Source: Tubulanus polymorphus | Lineage: Eukaryota; Animalia; Nemertea | Direction of reading: 5' to 3' | Assembly (NCBI RefSeq): GCF_964204645.1 | Contig: NC_134025.1 | Location: forward strand, 3,596,001 to 3,660,000 | Length of the DNA: 64,000 nt | Shown here: positions 1 through 13,609 of the stretch, in pieces | Numbering within the stretch: position 1 is the first letter of the stretch | Layout of the letters: every line of letters starts with the position of its first letter | The notes under the pieces: generated by a model | Databases searched by the model: none | The model's input: only the letters and a program-made list of their open reading frames with translations | What the model was told of the DNA's origin: nothing | Position numbers and translations under genes: made by a program

Positions 1-3000
1 ATACGGCAATACTTGTGGTTCCTTTAGTGCTTTTTCATTGTATATCTCAGATACGTGTCTTTTTGTCTTTGAAGATTTGGCTTCAGTAACGACAGGATAT
101 TTTTCGTCCATCACGAATTTTGATGACTGAGCAAGTTCACTAGTTTCCTTTTGTATTTCATGAAGAGATTTCGACCGATGGGACTTTGAATGCTTTTTGG
201 ACCTGGAATGTTGACTTGCGGCAACAGTTTCATGTTTCTCTTCATAACAAATCTGACTCGTGTGCACTGTTGGGCCTACTCCCAATGATTTGGAGTCTAG
301 TGGGTGGACTACCTGACGATCCCCTGATTTACTACGAGATTTTGAGTGTTTCTTAGATTTGGAATGCTTTTTGCTTTCGATTTCTTCAAACTCCTCTTCA
401 TCGCAGAAAACTCCACTTGATGACAATGCCACTGAGGAACTATTCGATTTCTTTTTCTTCTTTTTCTTGACTAAAATCCCATCACTTTCAATCCTCATCT
501 TCTTCTCTTTTTCCTTGTGCTTTTTATGTTTCTTTGGATGTTCATTGTCATTCTTATTCTTTTTTCTTTTTTCTCTCTTTGTAGAGGATTCGAGTTGTCT
601 CTCATTATTCAACTCAATAACTGGTTTAGTGTCTATAATTTTTTGTCCTTGTACTGTGTCCAATGCGTTAGATGCGTGACTTGATTGCTTCAGCAAATCC
701 TTTTTGTCAAGACGAATTTGAGCTTCTTCGTGAATTTGTTTTTCATTAACGTCATCCAACGTTTCGGTCTTTTTCATTTCATGAATGAATTTCTCGCTAT
801 CTTTTTTCGGCACAGATCGATTGATATCATTTATCATTGGTTTTATTTCCATAGATTTGTTAAAGCCTGTAGATGCAAGCTGGAAATTTTCCAAACTTTC
901 GGAAGACTTCTCTTTGAATTTTCTTAACATCTCTGTATGAACTTCACTAATAACCTTTTTTGGTTTTGACTCCAATGAGGTATTAGGATACAAACTCTGG
1001 TCAACGTGACACCCAACGCGGCCTTCGTTTTTCATATCATTTTCATCTTTTGTCAATGCAGCTGAATTGAGAATATTATCAATTTGGGCAGATTTAGCTT
1101 TGGGGGAAGACTTTGACTTATGCGATATTGTTCTACTAATATGTGTATTGCTTGATTGTTGAGACTGCTTCGATCGTCTAGAACCAACAGATGGAGACCG
1201 ACTAGTGGCTTGGCTTGCAGGCACTGAACTTTTATTTCCAGTCTTCCTTTCGTCAGTACTGCTCCCAAGTTGTTTTTCAAGGAACTTGCTTCTTTTTCGA
1301 GGTATTTCATCTGTTACTGCAGATGGACTAATGTCCCGTGAGCTGCTATCAACGAAACTTGGCACAGAAAGTGTTCCTACATTTTCGTATTGATTGATAG
1401 ACGGTACAGTTGATAACTGATCCTCTGCCTTATGATGAACCTTTTCTGGGTGATCTCTGTATGATGAGGGAGCCGGTGATGGAGATGACCATTGACTTTT
1501 ATTCCTTTTGGTTTCAGAAACCAATGACCGACTTCTATCTGAAATTTCTGAAGCAGAACAAGGTTCTCTCGACAACTGTAATTTTAGCTTTTCTCGTTCC
1601 CTGGTCAGCATTTTATACTCTTCATCTTCGGTTATTGAGGCATATGGAATACACGTGTGTCTATCTTGCGCATGCTGATATATAGAGTCCTCTTCTGAAG
1701 AAGGTCGATATTCGGGTTGCTTTGGCTTTTTCTTGTGGCTATCTTTAGATTTGTTTGATTTACTAGACTTATGACTGTCCTGTCGTTCATATAAAGTACG
1801 GATCTTTGTAGCACTTTGCCCATCGCTCTTACTTGATCGGCGTGACTCCGTTGCTTGTTGCATTACCGATTGCTTACGCCATTCATGCAACTTTAATTCA
1901 TCAATTAACTTTTGTCGAAGTTGTCCAGATGAAGTGTCAGATCGTTGAGTCAACATATCTTCCTCAATGATATGCTGCCTTGCTTTGGGTGAATCAACAC
2001 TTTTCATTCGATGCTCCTTAGAACGCTGACGTTTCAGTTTGCGTATTAGTGCCGCTCTCTCAGCTGCTTCGGCGTCACTAGATTCATGTTGAATTGATCG
2101 TTTATCTGAAGAAGGAGACTTGTACATATATCCTTGAACTGTTCTCTTATCTTGACTGCACACATGTAAATAATCATGATTCCTCATATACTTTTCTTTC
2201 CTGCCACTCATCAAAGCGTTATCTATCATTTCATACTTGTAAGGTTTTTTCATATATGTTCCAACATAATCAGCTTCTAATTTAGTGGTTGCTATCAATC
2301 TTTCTGGTGATAAAACTGGTGAAGGTACAGGTGGTAACTGCTGTTTCTGAAATCGCTTTTGTTGCATGACATACTGTCTCGTCCAGTCTATATCATTTTC
2401 GTCACTAGCAGGGCTACTATTGCGAGTCTGGTAAGCTAAAGGCAATTCTGCTTTTCTTTGTGCTCTTGCTTGTCTTTCCAAACTCCTCTCGGGTGAACTT
2501 GAAAAGTTTCGTGGAATTTGTTTCGGTTTTGCTTGCGGCAGCATACTTTCATCAGACAGAGGCGAATGAATCATCAACTTTTTATCTTTCTTTAAGATAT
2601 CTGTCGGTGCTTGCTCCAGAGGTGGAGGAGGCGGTGGTGGCAGTGGTGTTGACTGTGGTAATGGCGGTACAGGGGGTAACAGCCCATGCCTTTGGCGCTT
2701 AGATTTCTTAGTTCCTGTACTACTAAATGGCTTAACCACTTTAGGTGAAGAATTCCTCGAATCCGATTTTCTATGACGGCGTTTAGTCTTGGAATACTTC
2801 CAGGGAGCTGATGATTCTTTACCATGATAATCAGAATTTGGTGATAGATTCTGGCTAGATGTTGGGGACATTGATGGAGATGGGGGAAAATTCTTCTTTG
2901 CTTTTACATGTAATCGCTCTGTGGATGAGTGACTAAATGAAGTTTCGCTCGTCACAGGAGATAACGATAATGGTCGATGAGGAGGTCGTTTGTTAGTCAT

Positions 3001-6000
3001 TGCCCTGTCTGGTGAAGGTGAGATAGGTTTTATTTTACGCTGTGGTGATGGTGAGCCATGATAAGGTGATGATGCCGAAGGTGAGATCTCCCGTTTTCGA
3101 CGACAGTAATGCTGTTTCGACGAACTGATCAAATGCTCACTTATTACTACACCCGATTTCTGCATTTTCTTCAACCTGCTCGCTGAGAAACCCGAACGTC
3201 GGTCTTTCCTTAGGGAACAACCCGATCCATCACTTACTCTCCGCTCAGAGATATTTGAAGATTGTTCATATCCACAACTTGATGATGATGAATTGCTCAA
3301 GCGTCTCTTTCTCCGTCCATGATTGCCAGAATCGGGTGACTGCCAGTATGGCTCTTTTTCAATTACCAATGGAGACGACACCCTTTTCTTCTTCTTTTTA
3401 AGGATATCATTAGCAGACTGCCAATACTGTTCATCTCCTGTGTCACCGGATCGCTTGGAAATGGATGGAGAACTGAAAGATACCAAGGTTAGAATCTTCA
3501 TTAGGATTTAAACCAGACATGTGAAATAACCCACCAAGATGTACCAATATACATGCAGTTACGAATGTATTGATGAAAATGGTGAATACGTTGATTTAAC
3601 TGACCTAATTCCCGATCGAAGTCCACGACATCAAGAGGTCCCTTTTTACCACAAGTAGTGTAAGACTGGTGACAACATAATATGAAGCACATGAAGTGTG
3701 AGTGTGAAACATTCATTAATATGATTCGGTATTATTCAAACCGAGCTGGCTGATTTTTGGCACCAAGTGATAAGATATGTTTACTTGTTGTACCTGCGAT
3801 GAGGTGTTAACAGCTTTCTTGACGATGATTGCTGTAAACGTTGATTTAATTCATTACGTTCAGCATAAAATCCAGCTTGTGTGTATTCACTTGTTAATGA
3901 ATTTTCAGCACTTTTTGATGAAAAAGAGCGATATTCGTTCATGTCACGTTCATTGAAAAACTTATCACGACGAGATCGACTATCAGTCGACGTTGTGATT
4001 GTCCGTTGAGCGTTAGTGGTCATTTGTAAATTGTTACCAGGAGTGAACAAGCGATTTTGTAGCTGATTCGAAGGTCTGTTGAGTAAAGTTCGAGGATCAG
4101 TGTTTAACCGACGGTTATTAGCGTTATTAACATTGTTTATATCACGTGATTGCAGTTGATTTTGATACTGACTGGTTTGAAGTTGAATTGTCTGTGGGTC
4201 GAGATGCTGCTGAGCCTGTTGCTGCTGCTGCTGCTGCTGCTGCTGTTGCTGCTGCTGTTGCTGTTGTTGTAACTGCTGTTGTTGATATTGAAATCGTCGT
4301 CTTGGCCCAGAACTGTTTGAATACTCCACTCGGATTTTCTGGCCACAAAACATCTGTCCACGCATAGCTTGAACACACTTTTTAGCATCTCTCGATGTTG
4401 TGTAATCGACAAACGCAAATCCCGGTGGATTATGCGCTAGCCATATGTGACGAAGAGTTCCAAAACGTGAAAACGTCGTGTTGATATCCTCTTTCGTAAC
4501 GTTATTCTTCAGATTACCGATGTAGACTTTGGTTATGCCAGAGGAGTTGGACTGAGTATGTTGGTTAGTAGCAGTAGCCATACTGAAAAGATCCAGTAGA
4601 AAAAATCATAAGAGACAAAGAAACGCTGATCTTTTCCCTCCTCTCAACAATCTGATGAAATGGGTGTGTACAGAATAAGTGGTATTATGAAACCTTCATC
4701 GCTCTAAGGATATTTTTGAAAACTTGTATCGCAGAATATGATACAACATACGTATTTCAAATAGTTTTTAACGCTGGCAAAATAACCAAAAAATTGATCA
4801 AATATTTGATTAGCGATTATCATGTTTGCGATGGGAAATATTGATAACTTCAGATTGGATTGGCAAAAGCAAAAAATATCGTACATGATGTATTTCTTCA
4901 CCAAAGAATTCAATAGATTGATTGCTGTTTTAATATGATATACATATCTACGAATATTTAAATTACTTACGACATATTGGTTTCTATGGCAACTTTAGAT
5001 GTAATATTTGCTAAAAACGTGATACTTTGTATATGTAACACTCGAGGGCATTTTGAATATTATCAAAAGGATGAAATATGAATACAATATGCACACACTG
5101 CTAGCTACACAGCAGCAAAAAGAATTTCGTTTTTTGCTGCGCGTATGGAAAATTTCTCGATTGGAAGTTATCCATCCATATACCTTATGATATAATAATA
5201 TGATAATTCTCTTACTTTAGGCAAATCTATAGATGTTCAACATTGCTAGAAATATGACAGCATACCTTTCAAGAATCTAGTTTCTAGCATTCTCAACGAG
5301 TTTAACAAAGAAGTGAAGAGTATCGTTTTCTAGTTTGCTTGTCCCTCCGTGATTACACTTATTCTACATTTGAAATCCTAGGGATTATCTAATTTGAGAT
5401 ATTGTGGCGCTAAGGACATCGAACGTATCCAATCAATCATTCATTAGCGAAAGTAATTTCCCCCTTAATTTTGACAGAAAATAATCAGTTCAGATCATTT
5501 TGCTCTATATCTAGATGATTCAGATTTTGAGATTACTTACTTGACCGTAGTTTTCTGTTGAGTTTGTTGCTGTTGTTGTTTCTGTTGCTGCTGCTGCTGT
5601 TGTTGCTGTTGTTGCTGCTGCTGTTGTTGAACCGCTGCTACAGCCTCGGCTGCCTGAACCTGGACTGCTTGTTGTTGCTGTTGGGCAACTTGTAATCTGA
5701 AATGTTCAAACAATCTATCTCTAAAACCTTTCTTATAGGTTAAATCATGCGGAGTTCACTATTCATAAGATTTAGACTTTGTTAGATGTCATCAGAAAGC
5801 AACCAACGGTTCGCATCCCCAAATAACGTAGTTCCTTCAAATAATTTTGTACTTACGAATTCAGATTATTCACTGTATTGTAGTAGTTATTCTCAGCTTC
5901 GCCTGTCCAGTAATTTGGCTGACCGAATGTAGCACTGCACTCGGCAGCTGTCCCCGTACAGGACGGACCACATGTTCCTGCTGTTACTGGTACCTGGATC

Positions 6001-8845
6001 GGTTGTAAATTCCACCTGCAAAATGCAGATTTTTAAGTAAATGGACAAAAAGTATGGTTAAAGAATTAGCTTGATGTTTGTAAAGATGTTTCTGTTAAAA
6101 TGAAATATCAGATGGTAATATTATCAACTTGAAAAAAGGCCAATCTTAAGGCAGTGTATGATATATAAGAAAATTAAGTTATACAAATGTATATAGTAAA
6201 ATTGATATAGCGCAGCACCAAAATTCAATATTGTGTTATTACTGAATTGCGAAGCCGACATTTTCTCTGTAGGTGTATTTGTTTTATATGTGGATTCTAA
6301 ATGAAGCATGAAACACAACGAATCATCCCATCAAAGCCTCGGGTGAACATCAGAAAAAATCAATCTCACCATTGATCATCTCATCTATGACATTTTATAC
6401 ACGTTTTCGAAACGCGAAATGATGATAGCCGCGGGTGGCATCATTCTCTTCATTTTACCGTCATAGAAATGGCTGATGATAAGATGCGAAAAATATATAC
6501 ATATAATTACACTTTTCAGATTAAATCACACGAAAAGCAAAATTTTTTCTATCATAAAAACCTCTCTATCGCAGCTAATGCAAAAATTCAAAATGAAATT
6601 CTCCCGAATATATATGTATGGAATTTATGATCAAAGTTGTAGTGAAAAGACGCTCCCCTGGTGTTATATTGATGGCTATACTTAAATGTTGAAGCGCGGA
6701 CGACCAAAGTTGTTTGATGGATGAAAAAAATATTTACAGTTCCCCCATTTTATCCATTCCAAACATAGCCTCGCTACACATTTTGGTAAAATGAATGCGA
6801 GTTCTGATTTAATGTTGACGTATATATTGTAAGAGTACCGATACTTATCAGTGTGCGTATTCACTGAAGTCCAGAATTTACAGGGACAATATGTATAAAC
6901 CAACAATCTAAATCGTATTCAATTATACAAAGAAATATTGTAGTTTTGGAATTGAATAGGGGATTTTTTTTATCGTGCTTCTGAATCGCGAAGTATGTCA
7001 TTAATGTATTGTATATGTATGATAGGCTAGGCCTACATCTAATTGGAGAATGCCCTGAAACCATATCAACGAAATATCTGAACGTGTGCGTAGCAAACTC
7101 TTTGTTCAACGCAAACCGAAAAAGTTGAATAGAATAACTAAAAGATAGAAAAAACATGATATATACCTCCGCTGATATACTTCATTAAAATCCACCAACT
7201 TTGCGAATACATATATACATGCATATATACTGGCATACAATTCATATTATATAACAGTTAAACTGCTGATTTTGCATGAATTTCCAAATCTAATGAAATT
7301 CATAAACAAAGTATTTTTAACCTTTGACATAATATCGAGATCTCACCAGTGAGTTTTAGTTGCCACACGTTGAAACAGAAGTTTAGCATAGTTCATCATA
7401 TTTCTACATTTTTCTCAATCCTAATGGTTAAAATTTATACTCATAAAAACCGAAAGTAAGATAATATATATGCGCTCCAAGGCTACCTACCACTTGACTG
7501 GTAATAAGAATATAAGACGTAGGCAAAAACCGCAAGCACAATATCGACAACATTTAAGCGAATATATACGTTCACTGAATATAAACGAACCTTTTTTTGC
7601 AAAAGAGACAAGCCATGATTGATCCGTACAAAGATCAGGATTAACACCAGTTTTTACTCGTGTCACTGAATCTATGGGTGTGTACAGTATTTGTTGCGTT
7701 CCATCATAATAACCGATAAATTCATCATCGATAAAACAAATCTCATCGCACAAGTGAAGCGATAAAAATAGCATCTAATCTTCCAAAAGTTATTTCTTTC
7801 ATCAAACGTTTTTAGATTCGGAAAGGGTATGCCTCAAAATGATTAATCATTGATCAATAATATGTCTTATTATCAACATTATAGTTCTTTGATTATCTCG
7901 ATCAACTCCGAACAATATTTAGAGTATTTTTATTTTCATTTATTTTGAGTTTGAACAAACCTTTTGTTTTTGATGCCCAAATTCCCCATGCAATGTATAT
8001 ATATGATGCTATACATACCTGTAGTCATAATGTTGGTATATGGCCATTATGATGGATACCATCTAAGCTTTTTGATTATAAAATATATATACGTTAAATT
8101 TTGCGACGATTTCCTGTGAATTTTACGTTGACGTGAGATTGACAGAGAAAGTTACGACAGCCAATCGACATGCAGGAGACGGGTGATGCAACAGGTCTCA
8201 TTGGCGAATAGCGTTTACACGAATAAAATTAGCATGATCAGTTTACAGAAAATATGGGCTATGTTGCCATGGTAATAAAGGATAAGTTTTCTCTGAGGTG
8301 ATGCTTAAATTTGAAATTAAATTAAATTTGAAGCTTATACGAAATTAATTGGAACTAAATTACGCACAACGTAATCGTACACGACTGTGTAAAGAAGTTT
8401 GGCTGCTAGACTATCCTGATTTTGATTTGCATTAAAAATCGTATATATTTATTACCCAATCGTAATTCAGTTGCAGATCATACTGAAGTATATACATTAT
8501 CTCATTGCAAATCATTGATTTTTGAAATTGAAACTTTTCAAAACTTGTTAAGTCCTCGAGACTTTCACAGACTGGAAAATGACTCATATCATACGTAATA
8601 CAAACAAAGATATTCTTGAATATTCTCAAAAGATAAATTTGTTAATTTTTATGATAAATTGAAGAACTGGATTTGAAATTCCTCGCCCTATTTCTAATTC
8701 ATTAATTGATGTATTCAAAGCGAAATGATATCCACAGAAGAACGCATTGCATTAAATCAAATTGATTAGAAACATAATTTTGACATGGAGATTTCGTTAA
8801 CATAAATGTTTGTACTTACATTGATTTAGAAAATGGGAATGCCAT
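1..8845 (-). CDS. Large (>1,500 aa, 3'-partial) low-complexity protein: polyQ tracts, SRSF3/SRSF7-type RRM, then a >1,150-aa Ser/Arg/Lys/Pro-rich region
   Basis: Predicted coding exons 8845-8820 (MAFPFSKSM), 6015-5857, 5696-5541 (polyQ), 4582-3785 (RRM + polyQ) and 3472-<1. All are joined by GT-AG phase-2 introns that keep one frame. The RRM (TKVYIGNL...IWLAHNPPGFAFVDY...CGQKIRVEYS) resembles SRSF3/Rbp1. The last exon was open wherever I translated it (both ends and the middle) and leaves the window. Confidence 0.75.
4203..4290 (-). repeat. CAG/CAA trinucleotide repeat encoding polyQ
   Basis: (tgc/tgt)n run on + translates as QQQQQLQQQQQ... just after the RRM. A second polyQ tract lies at about 5560-5690. 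Confidence 0.9.
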
Positions 8846-9556
8846 ATTATGGATAAGCAGCAAATTTAAAATCCATCTAGAGAGAAATAGTGTGTATCGT
8901 TCAGGATGTCTGTGTGCACTACCGACGAGGCTACACTGGTTGGCGCGTTCTAAATGGTGATGAAAACTTTCAACTTTTCTATACTTTTGTATGCATAATT
9001 CATGAGACACCGGGGGAGCTATAAATATCACAAATTGACTGCGCGCTAACAACCCTCGAGCCCTGTCATGAAACAGTTAAAAAAGCGACTTGTTTGCCGT
9101 AGCATATTGTTCATCCGTTAGTAATATAAAACCTCTAGCCCCAGGTAGTCAGAGATAACTACCTTTATGTCGCATTAAAATCAATATTCGATGTTTCAGT
9201 TTTAATATGAAGTAAAGTATTTTCGTGTACGCATTACATATTACATTATCTCAATTTTGACCGGTGTAGTTTCAAATTCATTTGATGGATTACATGTAAA
9301 TCTTTTTTATTTAAGATCCAATATTGTTCGGTAACATATGATCCTCCACTTGATAAATTTTCAGCAAATCAACCATTTTTCGTTTCCATGAATCGTCTCA
9401 AAATTCATGAAAATTTGAATCAGTAGAATTTGTTGAACGTCGTTTGCAAATATACTGGTATAAAGTCTCTATATTGCCACCACAAATAGAGTGATGGATT
9501 GTACTACGTATCTAAAGTGAATCGCATTTCATTTTTCACTATCTTTCATATGATGA

Positions 9557-9672
9557 CCAGGGTCCAGTTCCACAGTTATGAGTTAAGATTTGACCCTGGG
9601 TTAAAACATTGAAAATGAACTAACTTTAACTCAGAGTTAACTCTAACTCACAACTGTGGAACTGGGTCCTGG
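9557..9672. mobile_element. Short MITE-like element with terminal inverted repeats
   Basis: Left end ccagggtccagttccacagttatgagtta mirrors right end taactcacaactgtggaactgggtcctgg. Intronic and non-coding. Confidence 0.7.
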
Positions 9673-9849
9673 GTGATTACAATTAATTTCCCCTCCATTT
9701 TCTAATGCATCAATAGATTTTGTTTTTGGTTGACAGCGATCAGTTTATAAGTAGTCATTAATAAACGTTTCCCGTTGCCATTTCTAATCATCTGAATTCG
9801 TTAAATCTTTGCGGGTGTACTAATATGTATATATAAGTGTACCTTTTTT

Positions 9850-9942
9850 AATAGTGGCGTTGTAGACTGGAATTGAATCCAGGCATCACATCGGTTCGAA
9901 TCTCCGAGGACCAGCAGGCTTTAGCCTCGGGGTAAGGGTAAA
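9850..9942 (+). mobile_element. Possible tRNA-derived SINE remnant
   Basis: B-box-like ggttcgaatct at about 9893-9903 with an A-box-like tagtggcg upstream. No full cloverleaf is evident. Confidence 0.3.
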
Positions 9943-10633
9943 ATTTTCTACAACGACCAACTTGTCTTAAAAATTTCTTTTACATGTACACCATTGTGAT
10001 CTATCTGCCTTTTTGGGCAAAAGTTGAAATACGTAATCGTACATAGTAATATAATATTAAATAATGTCCATTTGTGAAAAAGCAGCAATCACCAGCAGGT
10101 GGAGATCACACTCCAGTCAACACACCCGACAACCGCTGCCGCACGGTAATTTGTCTTGGAACTAATCAAAATTAACCCCAGGCATAATACTGCAAGCCAT
10201 AAATCATCGATGTGGCCGGTTTGCCGTAGGCTATATGCTATCATGGCTATCGTTTTTAAGAACCTTTGGGTAGGGATTTGACCGTACACGTTTCATAAGG
10301 TTGTGATGACGTGCCTAGGTCACTACGGTTAACAATCTGCTGTCAGGAACTAGCCCATCCAGATCGACGACATTCACCAGTGTCTGTTGTGCGAGTTTCA
10401 TTTGTGTCATTTGAATTTTTGTCTAGTCTGGACGATCAGTTTTTTTGAAAAATGTGTGATACATCTGTGAGTATATTACCATAAGATGATGATGGAGGTC
10501 CCAAATTCCGTATTTTTGCTTTCATTCACACACGAATCAGAGACACCATTTGACTGTTTCATGCAGTTCGTTGTTTGGTATTTTACAATTCTGTCTCAGT
10601 ACAATAACCACACTCAAACGTGGTGAACGGATA

Positions 10634-10792
10634 ATAAGATAAAAACCCACTATGTACTTAATCAAAAGAATTTAAAATCGAAAATCGACGATGACCTCTA
10701 GTGCGAGATCGAAACGTCGTGTTTTCTACATTTTAGAAATAAATTCTCGATTTTAAATTCTTTTAATTGTACATAGTGGGTTTTTATCTTAT
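10634..10792. mobile_element. MITE-like inverted-repeat element
   Basis: ataagataaaaacccactatgtac...aaaagaatttaaaatcga is mirrored by tcgattttaaattctttt...gtacatagtgggtttttatcttat. Confidence 0.7.
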
Positions 10793-11955
10793 AATTCTGT
10801 ATCGTTAGAAAAATTCTTCTTGCCCTGCTTCTGATGATCAGAGATGACAAATAATTCTTAACAAAATCTTTACCTGACAGTATTAGACAATTCGATGCAA
10901 GATCCAATACTATCAGGTAAGACATCATCAAGAATCGATTTCCCAACATTTCGGCTTCAAAGAGGGCCTCGTCTTGTGTTCTCTTGGTTAAAATAATCGA
11001 TCAAATATGATCTTTGTGTGTTCAAAATGGTCTATGAATTCAATTTGAAAACTTCAATTTCTCATGTCGATGTGGTGTGCCACACGATCCATATCTTACG
11101 GTAATAATTCATAATTCCTTCGCCGCTACTGATGCATCCTCGGAGGTTACATAAATCTATGTAACTAACTTTGGAGGTATATTTGAATTTTGGAAACGGA
11201 CGATATCTATTTACTATCAATAGTATTTGTAAATTTAAGCAAATCAATACACACAAAAATGTATCGGTAAGTACCGGCCGGGTACTACTGTCTAAGCAAT
11301 CGAAAGAACAGATTGATTTAGACTTTGGTGACATAAATGCTTAAGATACCGTAATTCAACTAAATGAACTTAAAAAAATTGATCCTCAACTTACGCCACA
11401 TTATCATGGTTTCTATTCTATATGTAAATACTACAACGTTTTGGGGCTTCATTTCTTAACTATATTCAATTTTTTTTGTACATAATTCATATTACTTCCG
11501 GGTTAGTTCCAACTTTAGCCATGAAGTGGCGCTACTAGACGGAAATCCGAAGCTCAATACAAAAGACTACTTTTTATGAAAAAGTGACTCATCAAGTTTA
11601 TTATGTTCGTGATCAAAATGATGAAATAAATTACACAAAAGAAGTGGCCTATCGCTATATCTCAATAGGCAACAAACAAATATATACACATATAATGCCA
11701 ATATGCCGATAATCACCAATTTTAAAGGAGTTAAGAGAAAAAAATTCGCGGACTACAAAATTTGATATTAAAGAGTATACGTTTACATCATAGAGGAATA
11801 TTGAAGGAAAACACCATCATGCCATCATTGTCAAAATGAATTTTTCAATAGCTACTTGAGTTGAAGGTTGGCATTCATAAAGGAATTATTTTGGTGAATC
11901 AAAACAGCTGTGAGAAATAATGTGTAACAAGGTTTTGTCAAACTCTATACAAAAC

Positions 11956-12468
11956 TCATAACAAAATGTCCAGAAATAATTTCAATAAACCTATAAGTAT
12001 CGTCCAAATAACGGATTCTTCCTCTGGACTTGTTTCTGACTCTGAGCGCGAATATGACGAAAACCATGAAGTTTTTGTGTTCTCTTCGTAATTAAAACTA
12101 TCATTCGTAGCACCTAGGAGATACATCCTGTAAACACTGACCTCATGTGAAACATGTCCGTATATACCTATACCTATCGGACGCTGCATAGTTTCAGTAA
12201 TGAATACTTCATCGTCACCACAAGTCACTGATTGATAATCGTAATTTTCGAAATCTGGATGTAAAATCTTATCGGACACGTACAGATCAGCATCGCCCGA
12301 TAAACTTTTTAATAGCAGTTTAAAATTGCCTTCGACATTGAGTTTATAATAAGAATAGTTGCCACCACCGATTGTGCCATCAAACGAATGAGCAATATAT
12401 CCGTAAACAGTTTGGTGAACATATTGAAGCAAGAGAGCAATGATAACTATAATCTGTCCCGTATCCAT
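11956..12468 (-). CDS. C6orf120: UPF0669 protein C6orf120 homolog (intronless CDS, N-terminal signal peptide, C-terminal hydrophobic helix)
   Basis: Motifs GGGNYSYY, LKSLSGDADLYVS, QSVTCGDD, RPIGIGIYGH and C-terminal EEESVIWTILIGLLKLFLDILL match the family. Likely start MDTGQ at 12468. Splice acceptor at 12525; AATAAA at 11602-11597. Confidence 0.85.
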   Translation of the reverse strand: MDTGQIIVIIALLLQYVHQTVYGYIAHSFDGTIGGGNYSYYKLNVEGNFKLLLKSLSGDADLYVSDKILHPDFENYDYQSVTCGDDEVFITETMQRPIGIGIYGHVSHEVSVYRMYLLGATNDSFNYEENTKTSWFSSYSRSESETSPEEESVIWTILIGLLKLFLDILL

Positions 12469-12756
12469 CGTCAATTTACAATTAGTGATGAGGTCATCCA
12501 AAATTTGACAGGATGAATAAACACCTACAAAAGAAGAAAATAATTGTTTATGTATTAGAACTGTCAATCAATTGTTTCAACTAGAGTAACAATATAGTGA
12601 TCATGTCCATTGCATCAATATGTTCATTACAATCAGGCCTTTCTCCATATTCATAAATAAAGACTAGATGAAGAATAGATCTCATGTTCGGATTTCTTTA
12701 TTTCTTTGCAATTGAAAGAATCGTGTACACAGTTGCTGATAATAAATGCATCATGA

Positions 12757-13293
12757 CTATTTTTTAGATGCCAGGTACGGCTGATACTGTGCTGGTATAC
12801 TTTTAAAAGTCATAATTCTTCTGCGTATTTGTTTCGGCGTGTCCTGATAGTAGTTTTTCTTATCGCGACACATAGCTTTATAATCTTCGCCATACTTTTC
12901 CAGCATATACACGCAGAAGCTAACTTCAGGTTGAGAAAGTCTTAACTGTTGCTCCTGAGGTAAATTCGCTTCATATTCCAGTTCATCAGCTACGTACGAC
13001 TTTGATCGCGACTTAGGATTTTTTTCGATCGACTTTTGCGTTGTGTCCATCTCGTCATCGGACTCTTTTAAGTGAGAATGAATAATTTCTTTGGCTTTCG
13101 GTATCTTAAGAGTCAAATTTGGATCCATAGAAATACCCATCTCCTGAAGGTTATGCGAAACCGATTTTTTTTCATCCCAAGCCGCTTTAACTTTATCACA
13201 TTCTATATTCGGCATTTTCTTTGATTTTTTCCATGCTTTCCTCCTATTCTTATTGTACTGAAAAGTTTTAGCTCTCTTCTTGGGTTTACCCAT
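12757..13293 (-). CDS. NOP16: Nucleolar protein 16 (intronless CDS)
   Basis: MGKPKKR...AWDEKKSVSHNLQEMGISMDPN and YMLEKYGEDYKAMCRDKKNYYQDTPKQIRRRI are Nop16 family motifs. Splice acceptor at 13310; AATAAA at 12702-12697. Confidence 0.9.
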   Translation of the reverse strand: MGKPKKRAKTFQYNKNRRKAWKKSKKMPNIECDKVKAAWDEKKSVSHNLQEMGISMDPNLTLKIPKAKEIIHSHLKESDDEMDTTQKSIEKNPKSRSKSYVADELEYEANLPQEQQLRLSQPEVSFCVYMLEKYGEDYKAMCRDKKNYYQDTPKQIRRRIMTFKSIPAQYQPYLASKK

Positions 13294-13609
13294 CGTGAAA
13301 TATGAAGATCTACAAACATCAATTACACAGTCATGACTAAGATAGTGGATATTTATGCCTTCAACAGCCAACGGTCTGTATGAGTATATGATTATCCCAG
13401 TCCCTCACAAAACACCTAAAATACTGTGGATTCGAATGGTTTAAAGAAGTTAATAACGTTTTGTGTGGGTACTTAGCATAACCAACCGAAGAAAAAAGTA
13501 GCCACGCCGCCGAAATATCGGTGACTAATTCCACGAAGATTAAACATTAACTATGCTAAAAACCATTTAAAAATACAGAGAAATATCGCTAATCATCAGG
13601 AGTACCTAC

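Noticed and set aside
359-3511. Phe/Leu-rich plus-strand ORFs
   Set aside because: They are antisense shadows of the Lys/Glu/Ser-rich minus-strand exon.
4137-4418. Poly-Ala and poly-Ser ORFs
   Set aside because: They are alternative frames of the CAG/CAA polyQ repeat.
3781-4581. Stand-alone intronless SRSF3 retrogene or mutually exclusive terminal exon
   Set aside because: It has an in-phase acceptor and donor linking it to both flanking exons, and there is no canonical poly(A) signal after its stop. It is better modelled as an internal exon.
6370-6470. Candidate coding first exon with a donor at 6369
   Set aside because: The needed frame has a stop just upstream and no ATG. The exon at 8845-8820 fits the phase and supplies a start.
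9850-9910. Possible tRNA gene (ggttcgaatc)
   Set aside because: No acceptor stem or cloverleaf can be folded; at most a SINE remnant.
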